NCBI GenBank assembly: GCA_034003145.1 | Contig: JAVEZE010000001.1 | Span: 1-60,676, forward strand | Direction: 5' to 3' | Length of the DNA stretch: 60,676 nucleotides | From: Spirochaetia bacterium | GTDB taxonomy: Bacteria > Spirochaetota > Spirochaetia > CADAEX01 | Shown: positions 8,315-16,803 of the stretch, piece after piece | Layout: each line of letters opens with the position of its first letter | How positions within the stretch are numbered: position 1 is the first letter of the stretch | Notes under the pieces: generated by a model | Told to the model about the DNA's origin: nothing | The model's input: only the letters and a program-made list of their open reading frames with translations | The model's database searches: none | Program-made: the position numbers and the translations under genes

Positions 8315-9563
8315 TTAATCCTCCATTTTTCTTCATCTTTGATTCCAGAACTTTCTGTGTTTCATCCATAAGCTCGCTTTCCCGTCCCGCGCCAATCGTG
8401 GTTGCTGCCGCTATACTGTGGCAGGCATCCGCGAATCCGCCCAGATTATTTGTAGCTTCAGGAAGAAAATCACTCATTCCAGGCATTTTTTTATCAATTA
8501 TTTTTTTAGAGAGTTCTGATGAACTTCTCATAGATATCTTTGTCTGTCCCATCTTTACAGTACCGAATCCGGGAACTGTATCAGGTATTATCTGAAAACC
8601 TGCAAGATATTTACCATGGTCAAGAAAATCAAGCTCTGCTATCTCTTCGCAGAAAACCCCAATCATCTTGACTCCCATCGGTGAAAATCTCTCTTTCACG
8701 TCAAACCACTGGATATTGCCGGTATCGTGCAGCCCTTTCTTTTTAAGAGTCTCAAGTTCCTGAGCGAAAAGAGAATCCTTGATTTTTTTAAGCTTTTCAA
8801 TTTCCCCAAGTTTACCAGGAGTTAGCCCTTCAAGCAGAATTGAAATACCCAGCTCAGGCCCTCCGTTATAAAAGCCGACTCCCCCTGCGATATCAAGCAT
8901 CGGATAAAAATCAACTACATCAACCTCCATTTCTCCCAGAGTAATAAAAAACCTCTCCTCTTCTCCTGCCGCATCGCTTCTCATTAGGCCGGACTTTACC
9001 GCATCCTCAAAACAGATCCTGTTGTATGAGTGTACCTGCCTGTCAAGATAGTAGAAATCCGCGATTCCGCCGAATGCTGCGATATGGACAAGTTCGCGGT
9101 TTGCCTTATCAAGCTCTACAGCAAAATAATAGCACACGACAGAGGCTGATATATCCCTGTCTCCCCTTAGGCCGTAAAGGTCGGGGTCAAGATTAAGGAC
9201 AGTTTCATCAGGGGATGCTTCTGCCCTGTGATGGTCAAGGAGAAGGACAAGATTTCTCCCCCTGTTTATTTTCGCGATTACCGGGGCAATCTTTCCCGCG
9301 AAATCGGCAAATACAACAATCTTCCCGCTGTTTTCATCAAACAGTTTTTCAAGTACAGCGGGATACGGCTTTTCAAGTGAAAATCTGCTTACGCTGAAAC
9401 CTGCCCTCTGGAAAGCCTTAAGCAGAATCGCACCAGATGTAAGTCCGTCAGAATCGTTATGATGCAAAAGAATAAGCTCTTTTGATCCGTAGTTTTTTAA
9501 TTTCTCAATCCCGATTCTTAAATCGGCAAGGTACCTTTCCATCCCTTTATTTAAATCCATCAC
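8307..9563 (-). CDS. DHH-family phosphoesterase (RecJ/NrnA-like, DHH + DHHA1-like domains)
   Basis: DHH motifs HHNDSDG, FADFAG, LLLDHHR and GGIADF. C-terminal GGFADACHSIAAA resembles the DHHA1 GGGHxxAAG motif. Overlaps the kinase gene by 8 nt. Confidence 0.75.
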   Translation of the reverse strand: MMDLNKGMERYLADLRIGIEKLKNYGSKELILLHHNDSDGLTSGAILLKAFQRAGFSVSRFSLEKPYPAVLEKLFDENSGKIVVFADFAGKIAPVIAKINRGRNLVLLLDHHRAEASPDETVLNLDPDLYGLRGDRDISASVVCYYFAVELDKANRELVHIAAFGGIADFYYLDRQVHSYNRICFEDAVKSGLMRSDAAGEEERFFITLGEMEVDVVDFYPMLDIAGGVGFYNGGPELGISILLEGLTPGKLGEIEKLKKIKDSLFAQELETLKKKGLHDTGNIQWFDVKERFSPMGVKMIGVFCEEIAELDFLDHGKYLAGFQIIPDTVPGFGTVKMGQTKISMRSSSELSKKIIDKKMPGMSDFLPEATNNLGGFADACHSIAAATTIGAGRESELMDETQKVLESKMKKNGGLNG

Positions 9564-9646
9564 TGCTCCTCTGGTATTGATATTGCCCTGCCTCTTTAGC
9601 AGTTATTCCTCATATCACAGCTATTCCGGCAATTATTCTAATCCGC

Positions 9647-9695
9647 AAAAAAGCCGGGACCTGATGCGTCTATAAACACATTCGAGGCCGCGGCT
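9647..9695 (-). terminator. terminator after the Pot-type ABC operon
   Basis: Minus-strand arms AGCCGCGGCCT / AGGTCCCGGCT pair at 9 of 11 positions, with a loop of about 22 nt, followed by T6. It lies 43 nt past the permease stop. Confidence 0.55.
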
Positions 9696-9737
9696 CTCAT
9701 TAACCTGCCAGCTAACCATAACCACTATTCTGATTTC

Positions 9738-10595
9738 TTAATATTCCTCCTTCTTATAAAAATAGAGGTTCGCTACAGCGAATATTGAATTGGAAACAAT
9801 AAGAAGGAAGGAAATTGCGTTTATAACAGGTGTTGATCCGTCCCTTACCTGAAGATAGAGCGTAATAGGGAGGGTCGCCTCTGACCCTACAAGAAAGAGA
9901 GAAGTATTAAAGTTTTCAAATGACATCAGAAAAGCTACAGCAGCTCCTCCTATTATGGATGGACGCAAAAATTTCAATGTTATGAACCAGATAACCTCAA
10001 ACCTGTTTGCACCAAGATTGTAAGCTGCCTCTTCGAGAGTCTTGTCAAATTTCTTCAGCCGTGCTCCCACAACAAGCGCGACAAAGGTTGTGATAAATGA
10101 AAATTGCCCCATTATGACAAGCCAGATACCAGGGTTGAACAATTTAACATAGATATCAAGTTTTTCCTCAATAAATATTCCAGCGGAATTTGAAAACAGC
10201 AGAATCGAGATACCAAGGATAACACCTGGAATTACAAGAGGCGCAAGCATCAAAAAGTAGAAAAAATTCTTGAACCTGAATTCCTCCTGCTCAAAGAGAA
10301 ATGCCGCGCATGTTCCGACTACAGTTGACAACGCGGAAACAACAACAGCGACCCTGAATGAAACTACGATGCTTCGGAGGTTTATTTTATCGTGGAATAT
10401 ACCTATTTTTTCAGGACCTGTCCCTGTAAACCAGTCAAGGGTAAAACCTTTCCAGGGAAGGGATGGAAACATTGAGTTATTAAACGCCAGAATGCAGGTA
10501 ATAAGCAGGGGAGCGAAGAGAAACATAAAATAGAGAAAAATAAATATTGAAAAACTTGCCTTATATATATTTGATCTCGGTAATGTTCTTATCAT
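9738..10595 (-). CDS. ABC transporter permease, PotC-like
   Basis: 285-aa, 6-TM protein of the binding-protein-dependent transport family. Overlaps the upstream permease by 4 nt. Confidence 0.8.
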   Translation of the reverse strand: MIRTLPRSNIYKASFSIFIFLYFMFLFAPLLITCILAFNNSMFPSLPWKGFTLDWFTGTGPEKIGIFHDKINLRSIVVSFRVAVVVSALSTVVGTCAAFLFEQEEFRFKNFFYFLMLAPLVIPGVILGISILLFSNSAGIFIEEKLDIYVKLFNPGIWLVIMGQFSFITTFVALVVGARLKKFDKTLEEAAYNLGANRFEVIWFITLKFLRPSIIGGAAVAFLMSFENFNTSLFLVGSEATLPITLYLQVRDGSTPVINAISFLLIVSNSIFAVANLYFYKKEEY

Positions 10596-11461
10596 TTCAC
10601 TACCTCGCTAAGCTGCTGACCTGAAAGCTTGAGCGCAATCCAGATTATGCCTGAAGACATAAGGAGAAGCAGAAACCCGAACGCGGCGCCCTGGTTCCAG
10701 TTAAAATATGTAATAAACTGATTATAAATCTGCTGGGTAAACCAGAGGGAATTTTTTCCTCCCATAAGGTTCGGAGTCAGATAGCTTCCAAGAACAAGCA
10801 TAAACACAACAATCGAACCTGACATTACCCCCGGCATACAGTGGGGAATAATAATCTGCTGCCATATTACCAGCTTCTTTGCCCCAAGGTCATACGCTGC
10901 CTCAATATAGGAATCATCAAGGCTTTCCATTACCCCGATTATCGGGATTACCATAAAAAGCATCGAAGTATAAACAAGGCCCATTATCATTACCGCATCG
11001 TTGTAAAGCATTTCAACCGGTTTATCCCAAATCCCCAGGCTTGTAAGAATTTTATTTATTACACCGCTTTCACGGAGCAGAATCATCCAGCCGTAAACCC
11101 GGATAAGCTCACTTACCCAGAATGGAAGCATCAGAAGCACCATAAGAAAACCCTGTACCTTGAAACCTGAAACCTTTGTAACATAAAAAGCAACAGGAAG
11201 TGCAACAACAAGTACAATAAATGTCACAGTAATGGAATAAAGCGCGGTTCTTACAAATGTAAGCCAGTAGATAGGCTCTGTAAAAAAAGCGCCGTAGTTC
11301 GACAGTGTTATTCCTGATTTCCCTCCGTAATCTGTTGCAAGAAAAGACATTCTAAGCAGCTCTGCGTGGGGTAACACAATAAGCAGGAAAAGCCAGAGAA
11401 AAACAGGGGTAAAAAATATCCAGAATCCCCATCTTATCTTGTGATGTTTAGAGTTCAGCAT
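10592..11461 (-). CDS. ABC transporter permease, PotB-like
   Basis: 289-aa polytopic protein with the EAA-type loop SYIEAAYDLGAKKLVIWQQIIIP. Overlaps the ATPase gene by 14 nt. Confidence 0.8.
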   Translation of the reverse strand: MLNSKHHKIRWGFWIFFTPVFLWLFLLIVLPHAELLRMSFLATDYGGKSGITLSNYGAFFTEPIYWLTFVRTALYSITVTFIVLVVALPVAFYVTKVSGFKVQGFLMVLLMLPFWVSELIRVYGWMILLRESGVINKILTSLGIWDKPVEMLYNDAVMIMGLVYTSMLFMVIPIIGVMESLDDSYIEAAYDLGAKKLVIWQQIIIPHCMPGVMSGSIVVFMLVLGSYLTPNLMGGKNSLWFTQQIYNQFITYFNWNQGAAFGFLLLLMSSGIIWIALKLSGQQLSEVVK

Positions 11462-12557
11462 AGGTTTTTACTCCTGCATCACTGAAACATACGGCAGATT
11501 TAATATCCCACCCGATTTCTATGGAATCACCTGATTTTATATAATCAAACTGCCTGTTCTGGGGCAGCGAAACTATGAGTTCTTTATCGCTTCCATCAAG
11601 CACAACAAGAAGGCGGCTGTTGGCACCGTCAAAAAGGATTGCCTTTACAAGAACCTTTATAGTATTGAAATTTGATTTGCCGGCTTCCGGTTTTATAATT
11701 ACAGCTTCCGGCCTGATATACATTTCAACACTTTCCCCTTCAGATAAATCACAGTCGCTGCTTACAAGGTATTTCCTTTCATCTTCAGTTATAACATAAT
11801 GGGAACCGCTCTCATCGCGGTGCAGTTTTCCTGTAAACTTATTATTGTCTCCGACAAATTGGGCGACAAAAGATGAGTGGGGATTGTTGTAGAGTGTCTG
11901 CGGTGTGTCAAGCTGCTCAAAGTGGCCGGTGTTCATGACAGCAACATAATCACTCATTACCATAGCTTCTGACTGGTCATGGGTGATGTAAACAAATGTT
12001 GTGCCGACCTGCACCTGCAGTTTTTTAAGCTCAACCTTCATGTGTTCCCTGAGCTTAAGGTCAAGTGAGCCGAGCGGTTCATCAAGAAGAAGGACTGCAG
12101 GCTCAAGAATAAGGCACCTTGCAATCGCGACTCTCTGTTTCTGGCCCCCTGAAAGCTGGCTGATTTTCTTGTTAGCCTGCTCGGGAAGTCCGACCCTTTC
12201 CAGCAAATCATTAACCTTTTTATAGACTCCCGGCCCCCTCTCTCCCCTTCTTTTAAGGCCGAACGCTATGTTTTCCTTGACATCCATCATCGGGAAAAGC
12301 GCCAGATGCTGAAAGACAAGGTTAACAGGCCTTTTGTTAGGCTCAACCCCTGCCATATCCTCACCCCGGATCTCAACCGATCCGCTTGTTGGTTCATAAA
12401 AGCCTGCAATCATTCTGAGCAGTGTTGTTTTCCCGCACCCGGACGGGCCCAGTATTGAAAAGAATTTGCCGCTTTCAACATTGAAAGATACCCTGTCAAC
12501 AGCTGTAAATTCGCCGAATTTTTTGGTAATATCTTTAACCGATAAATCAATCTGCAT
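11448..12557 (-). CDS. ABC transporter ATP-binding protein, PotA-like with a C-terminal TOBE-type domain
   Basis: Walker A GPSGCGKTT, signature LSGGQKQRVAIARCL and Walker B LLLDEPLGSLD, plus a C-terminal extension of about 120 aa. Confidence 0.85.
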   Translation of the reverse strand: MQIDLSVKDITKKFGEFTAVDRVSFNVESGKFFSILGPSGCGKTTLLRMIAGFYEPTSGSVEIRGEDMAGVEPNKRPVNLVFQHLALFPMMDVKENIAFGLKRRGERGPGVYKKVNDLLERVGLPEQANKKISQLSGGQKQRVAIARCLILEPAVLLLDEPLGSLDLKLREHMKVELKKLQVQVGTTFVYITHDQSEAMVMSDYVAVMNTGHFEQLDTPQTLYNNPHSSFVAQFVGDNNKFTGKLHRDESGSHYVITEDERKYLVSSDCDLSEGESVEMYIRPEAVIIKPEAGKSNFNTIKVLVKAILFDGANSRLLVVLDGSDKELIVSLPQNRQFDYIKSGDSIEIGWDIKSAVCFSDAGVKTYAEL

Positions 12558-12614
12558 CTTCCAATACCCCTATAATTTATTTTTATTTGTATGTATTTGC
12601 CGAAATCAATGATA

Positions 12615-12684
12615 CCGGCGGACACTGGTTCAAAACCATGCTTTGAACCAGTGTTTTGAAGCTAAACCAAACAGAAACCGCCGG
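12615..12684 (-). other. nested intercistronic stem-loop between the binding-protein and ATPase genes
   Basis: Perfect 13-bp stem ACACTGGTTCAAA (12622-12634) / TTTGAACCAGTGT (12642-12654) with a 7-nt loop. An outer pair CCGGCGG (12615-12621) / CCGCCGG (12678-12684) encloses it. Confidence 0.7.
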
Positions 12685-12714
12685 CGTTTAAAAAAGTTTA
12701 TTAAAGACCTGCGC

Positions 12715-13800
12715 CTACTTGGCAGCCTTGATCTTGTCCATTGTTTTTCCTTCCATCTCTTCAAGACCTGCAGGAACTGTAGGATACCAGTTCATTTTTG
12801 CCATTACTTCAGGAGTAAAGCATCTTGAGAAGTTGGCTGCTGCTTCAGGATTCAGGAATTTAACCGCGTCTTTTGAAGCTGTTCCGTAGTTTTCAACATT
12901 TGTGAATCCTGCGGCATTTTCCGGTCTCAGAATAAAGTTGATGTATTTGTATGCTCCTTCAACATTTTCTGATTTGGCAGGGAGGGCGAATGTATCTACC
13001 CATGCCATTGCGCCGCTTGCAGGAGCTACATAGTCTATATCCTTATTTTCCTTATAAAGCTTCCAAGCCTGCTGTTCCCAGCCCATTGCTGCCCATACCT
13101 CGCCTGATCTCATTGATTCAAGAAGCGCGTCCCCATTTTCCCAGTAGTTTCTTACAACCGGTTTTGCTTTTATAAGAACATCGCCTATCTCATCAAGAAA
13201 TTTCTGGTATGCAGCCTTGTCGCTGTAAAGGGCAAAAGGATCATAACCGAGAGAAAAACCCATAGCCATGAGTGTAGGCCTTTTCATTCTGTACGCAGTT
13301 CTTCCTGTATATTTTGGGTCAAGAAGATCTTTATAATCTTTTACATCGGGAGCTTTTGCCCTGTTTACAATAAGACCTGATGTTCCAAATACATGGGGGA
13401 CAGCGTATGATTTGCCGTTAACCTCTGTATATTTTTTTGTAGCCGCAAGCATGCTGGGGTCAAGCTGATCTGTGTTAACCTTAGAATAATCAATAGGCTG
13501 ATATATCCCGAACTGTTCAACCATTGATGATATCCTGTCCTGTGAAGGCTGCGCAAGGTCAAACCCGCCTCCTCTTGTTGCCCTGAGTTTTGAAATCATC
13601 TCTTCATTGCTGCTGAGTGTTACTTCAACAGTAATTCCGGTTTCTTCCTTAAATTTTTCAAGCTGATCAGCAGGCGCATAACCTGTCCACGAGATAAGCC
13701 TTAAAACCTTGTTTTCTTCTGCAGCTTCTTTTTTACCGCCTGCAAACACGCCTGTTGCAATTACAACAAGGCATAGAAAAATCAATAGTACCTTTTTCAT
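12715..13800 (-). CDS. extracellular solute-binding protein, PotD/PotF-like (polyamine-type SBP family 1)
   Basis: 361 aa with a cleavable signal peptide (VFAGGKKE). It is the first gene of the SBP-ATPase-permease-permease operon. Confidence 0.75.
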   Translation of the reverse strand: MKKVLLIFLCLVVIATGVFAGGKKEAAEENKVLRLISWTGYAPADQLEKFKEETGITVEVTLSSNEEMISKLRATRGGGFDLAQPSQDRISSMVEQFGIYQPIDYSKVNTDQLDPSMLAATKKYTEVNGKSYAVPHVFGTSGLIVNRAKAPDVKDYKDLLDPKYTGRTAYRMKRPTLMAMGFSLGYDPFALYSDKAAYQKFLDEIGDVLIKAKPVVRNYWENGDALLESMRSGEVWAAMGWEQQAWKLYKENKDIDYVAPASGAMAWVDTFALPAKSENVEGAYKYINFILRPENAAGFTNVENYGTASKDAVKFLNPEAAANFSRCFTPEVMAKMNWYPTVPAGLEEMEGKTMDKIKAAK

Positions 13801-14025
13801 TGTTTCCTCCTATGGAAATCTAATACAATTATACACCTCAATAAAAAATTAAACACTTATAAACAGGTTTATTATATTTTTATTTAAGATGTTATTGACC
13901 TAAAAGTATTAAGAGAGCAGAATCTCCAGCCATATATCCAGGCAAAAAAAAACGGCAAAACAAGACAACAATCTGTGCCCCATTTTCCCGTCTCTTTATT
14001 CCTCCGCCATCTTGTTTACTTTTTT

Positions 14026-14055
14026 ATTATAACCCCATAAACATCAGACTGTCAA
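14026..14055 (-). promoter_or_regulatory. sigma70-type promoter for the Pot-type operon (TTGACA-18-TATAAT)
   Basis: The minus strand reads TTGACA (14050-14055), an 18-nt spacer, then TATAAT (14026-14031). This implies a 5' leader of about 215 nt before the ATG at 13800. Confidence 0.6.
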
Positions 14056-14161
14056 ATTTTTAATAGGGGCTGCGCTGGGGAAGTATTAAAGAGAGGCTCT
14101 GATCCGGCATTGCGCCAGATGACCGACCTGTCGGCCCGACCGTCCCGCTGGCCGCAAATAA

Positions 14162-15316
14162 TCACATATCAAGTCTATTGCCTTTCCAAATAACAGAAGG
14201 CTTGAATGTCGCTGCCGCAGTAACTACCGGGAAAAGAAATTGCGCTATCAAGAGGCAAACCGGCAGACTCAGCCAGAAAGACTTTCCCGGTTTCAGGTGA
14301 AAGCCGTAGGCAAGTGAAACAGAAAGCATGCATAAAATACCGCAAAAGAATACCGGAAAAAAGGAGGGGATGAAAAAAGCAAGGGGAAAAAGGATTATCC
14401 CGATCAGAAGCTGATACATTATAAATCCGTACCCTATGCGCGAATTGATATCAGGTGCGTGGATCGCGCCTGTACTCCACCTGAGCTCCTGAAGATAAAG
14501 CTCTTTCCAGCTTGTAACCGGAACAGTGCTGACCATTGAGTCAGCAGAGGTCTGGGCAAATATTTTCCATTTCCCCGTATCCCTTACCCTCGCGATCAGC
14601 TGGGCATCTTCTGTAACAGTATATTCAAGCTTTTCAAATCCCCCGATATCATCAAGTGTTTTTCTCCTGACCGCAAGATTGTTTCCAAACCCGCCGTTAG
14701 GCATGTTAAGCCCGGCAGCGGCAGCAGTATAGTGATATCTTAAAAGGTGGTCATACTGCTGAAACCTTTCAAGCAGTGATCTGCCGCCCGGTGATACAGT
14801 AACAGTCCCGAAAACAAGCCCGGTGCCGGGGTTTGCAAAAGGCTTCATCATTGTCTCAACCCACTGCGGCGGCACCTGGCAGTCTGCGTCAGTATACAGA
14901 AACACTTCACCCTCGGCAGCAGTTTCCCTCTCTGCGAGAGACAGCGCCATCTGCTTCGGGTTCTTTCCGCTGAAAGAGTGCCTGTTGTCAATTACCTTTA
15001 CCCGGCCGGGATTCGCATCCCTGAAGCTCTCCATAATTTCAAGAGTGTTATCTTGTGATCTGTCATTAATAAGAATTATCTCAAAATTATCTACGCTTTG
15101 CGAAAGCAGCGATTTGAAAAGCGCAGGCAGTGTTTTTTCCTCATCCCGCGCCGGAACAATTACAGATATTTTTACATCAGGAATTTTATGGTTTTTAGCC
15201 TTCCTCTCTCTATTGAATGAAGAGATCACTCCTGCAATTACAAAAATGTGGATAAATAAAAAAACAGCAGTATAAAAATAGATAAGAAAAAGTACTGATG
15301 AAACAACAAAAGCCAT
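14162..15316 (-). CDS. membrane-bound family-2 glycosyltransferase
   Basis: N-terminal TM helix. GT-A motifs VIVPARDEE and YTDADC, a QxxRW-like LQELRWSTG, and several C-terminal TM helices. Confidence 0.8.
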   Translation of the reverse strand: MAFVVSSVLFLIYFYTAVFLFIHIFVIAGVISSFNRERKAKNHKIPDVKISVIVPARDEEKTLPALFKSLLSQSVDNFEIILINDRSQDNTLEIMESFRDANPGRVKVIDNRHSFSGKNPKQMALSLAERETAAEGEVFLYTDADCQVPPQWVETMMKPFANPGTGLVFGTVTVSPGGRSLLERFQQYDHLLRYHYTAAAAGLNMPNGGFGNNLAVRRKTLDDIGGFEKLEYTVTEDAQLIARVRDTGKWKIFAQTSADSMVSTVPVTSWKELYLQELRWSTGAIHAPDINSRIGYGFIMYQLLIGIILFPLAFFIPSFFPVFFCGILCMLSVSLAYGFHLKPGKSFWLSLPVCLLIAQFLFPVVTAAATFKPSVIWKGNRLDM

Positions 15317-15537
15317 ATAATTCCCCGTATTATGAAAATGCTTTTAAAAGGAGAGATCCTGCCTTCCTATCCTCTCCGGTTATGTATGAAAGATGTAAAG
15401 AAATATTTATCTTTTTTTGAGTATATTATTAATAGGCAAAGAGATACAGATTATAATAAAATATTTAAAACTATCAGGTGATATAGTAATTGCAAACATA
15501 ACCGCGGCAAGAAATATGTAGCAGTTTTTTTAAAATA

Positions 15538-15546
15538 TGCTACAAT
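15538..15546 (+). promoter_or_regulatory. extended -10 element TGCTACAAT, 6 nt before the nitroreductase ATG (possible leaderless mRNA)
   Basis: TGCTACAAT spans 15538-15546 and the ATG is at 15553. No SD sequence lies between them. Confidence 0.4.
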
Positions 15547-15552
15547 TACCAT

Positions 15553-16116
15553 ATGAGTCAAAACACAATATTAAATGAGATTTATGACAGAAGAGCATCA
15601 AGAGCCTTAAAAAGTGATAAAATCCCGCGCGAAACAATAAACAGGCTGATTAAAGCTGCCACCCTTGCCCCGTCATGCTTTAACAAGCAGCCCTGGAGAT
15701 TTATTGCCGCCGATGATCCGCAAACACTTGGAAAAGTGCATGAAGCACTTACAGGCGCAAATTACTGGGCAAAGAAAGCTCCAGTAATGATCGCGGTCCT
15801 TACAGATGTTTCTCTCGGATGCAGCCTTTCAGACAGGCGGGATTATGCCCTGTTTGATACCGGTTTTGCTGTGATGAATATTATGCTGCAGGCTGAAAAA
15901 GAAGGGCTGATAGCCCATCCCATGGCAGGATTTGACCCTTTTAAAATCAAGGAGATTTTCAAGGTTTGTGATTCCTATATAGTGATAACCCTGATAGCGC
16001 TCGGAGGCAAGGGAGGCAGCACAGATCACCTTAATGAAAAACATCTTTCATCTGAAACATCGCCAAGGGACCGCAAGCCGATAGATGAAGTGCTTTCCTA
16101 CAACCGCTGGATTTAA
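15553..16116 (+). CDS. nitroreductase family protein
   Basis: 187 aa with the nitroreductase-fold N-terminus RRASRALKSDKIP...APSCFNKQPWRF. Confidence 0.85.
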   Translation: MSQNTILNEIYDRRASRALKSDKIPRETINRLIKAATLAPSCFNKQPWRFIAADDPQTLGKVHEALTGANYWAKKAPVMIAVLTDVSLGCSLSDRRDYALFDTGFAVMNIMLQAEKEGLIAHPMAGFDPFKIKEIFKVCDSYIVITLIALGGKGGSTDHLNEKHLSSETSPRDRKPIDEVLSYNRWI

Positions 16117-16153
16117 AGTAATTAAATGAAAGGATAATCAGGAGGAAATTGAA

Positions 16154-16723
16154 ATGGTAAAAGAACTCATATTAAAAAACAGGACTTACAGGCGTTTTTA
16201 TCAGGATACTAAAATAACGCGGGATGATTTACTGGAATTTATAGAACTTGCCCGTCTTTCCTCATCTGGAGGCAACCTGCAGTCGCTGAAATATATTTTA
16301 TCGTATGATGAAAAGAAAAACAGCCGGATATTCCCCTACCTCAAGTGGGCAGGGTATTTAAAAGACTGGGACGGCCCGAAAGAAGGGGAAAGGCCTTCCG
16401 CATACATCATAATGGTTGGAGACAGCGAGATCAGCACAAATCATTTCTGGGATCACGGTATTGCCTGTCAGAGCATCCTTTTGGGCGCAGTTGAAAAAGG
16501 TTTCGGCGGATGCATGTTCGGCTCGATCGACAGGGAAGGCCTTAAAAAGGAACTTGGAATAACAGAGCGGTTTGAACTGATCCTTGTAATAGCGCTCGGC
16601 AAGCCGAAGGAAACAGTTGTACTTGATGAGGTAAAAGATCCCAAAGACATAAAATACTGGCGGGATGACAAGTGGATCCATCATGTCCCGAAGCGGAGGC
16701 TTGAAGATCTGATTATTGAATGA
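16154..16723 (+). CDS. nitroreductase family protein (second, divergent copy)
   Basis: 189 aa containing RTYRRF...LARLSSSGGNLQSLKY. AGGAGG RBS. Confidence 0.8.
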   Translation: MVKELILKNRTYRRFYQDTKITRDDLLEFIELARLSSSGGNLQSLKYILSYDEKKNSRIFPYLKWAGYLKDWDGPKEGERPSAYIIMVGDSEISTNHFWDHGIACQSILLGAVEKGFGGCMFGSIDREGLKKELGITERFELILVIALGKPKETVVLDEVKDPKDIKYWRDDKWIHHVPKRRLEDLIIE

Positions 16724-16746
16724 TTATTGAATGATTTTCAGATAAA

Positions 16747-16775
16747 CTGCTGCTGCCGTCATTTGACAGCAGCAG
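16747..16775 (-). terminator. stem-loop between the convergent nitroreductase and nfnB genes
   Basis: Perfect 9-bp stem CTGCTGCTG (16747-16755) / CAGCAGCAG (16767-16775). A short T-rich tract follows only on the minus strand. Confidence 0.45.
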
Positions 16776-16803
16776 GAAGGGTTCGATCAAGACACAGCAG
16801 CAA

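Noticed and set aside
12643-12828. 61-aa plus-strand ORF in the track
   Set aside because: It starts inside the intercistronic hairpin and runs antisense into the SBP gene, so it is most simply an artefact.
13905-13976. 24-codon ORF (MGHRLLSCFAVFFCLDIWLEILLS) in the Pot-operon leader, as a possible leader peptide
   Set aside because: It has no properly spaced Shine-Dalgarno sequence and no codon pattern suggestive of attenuation. It may simply be a by-product of the T-run.
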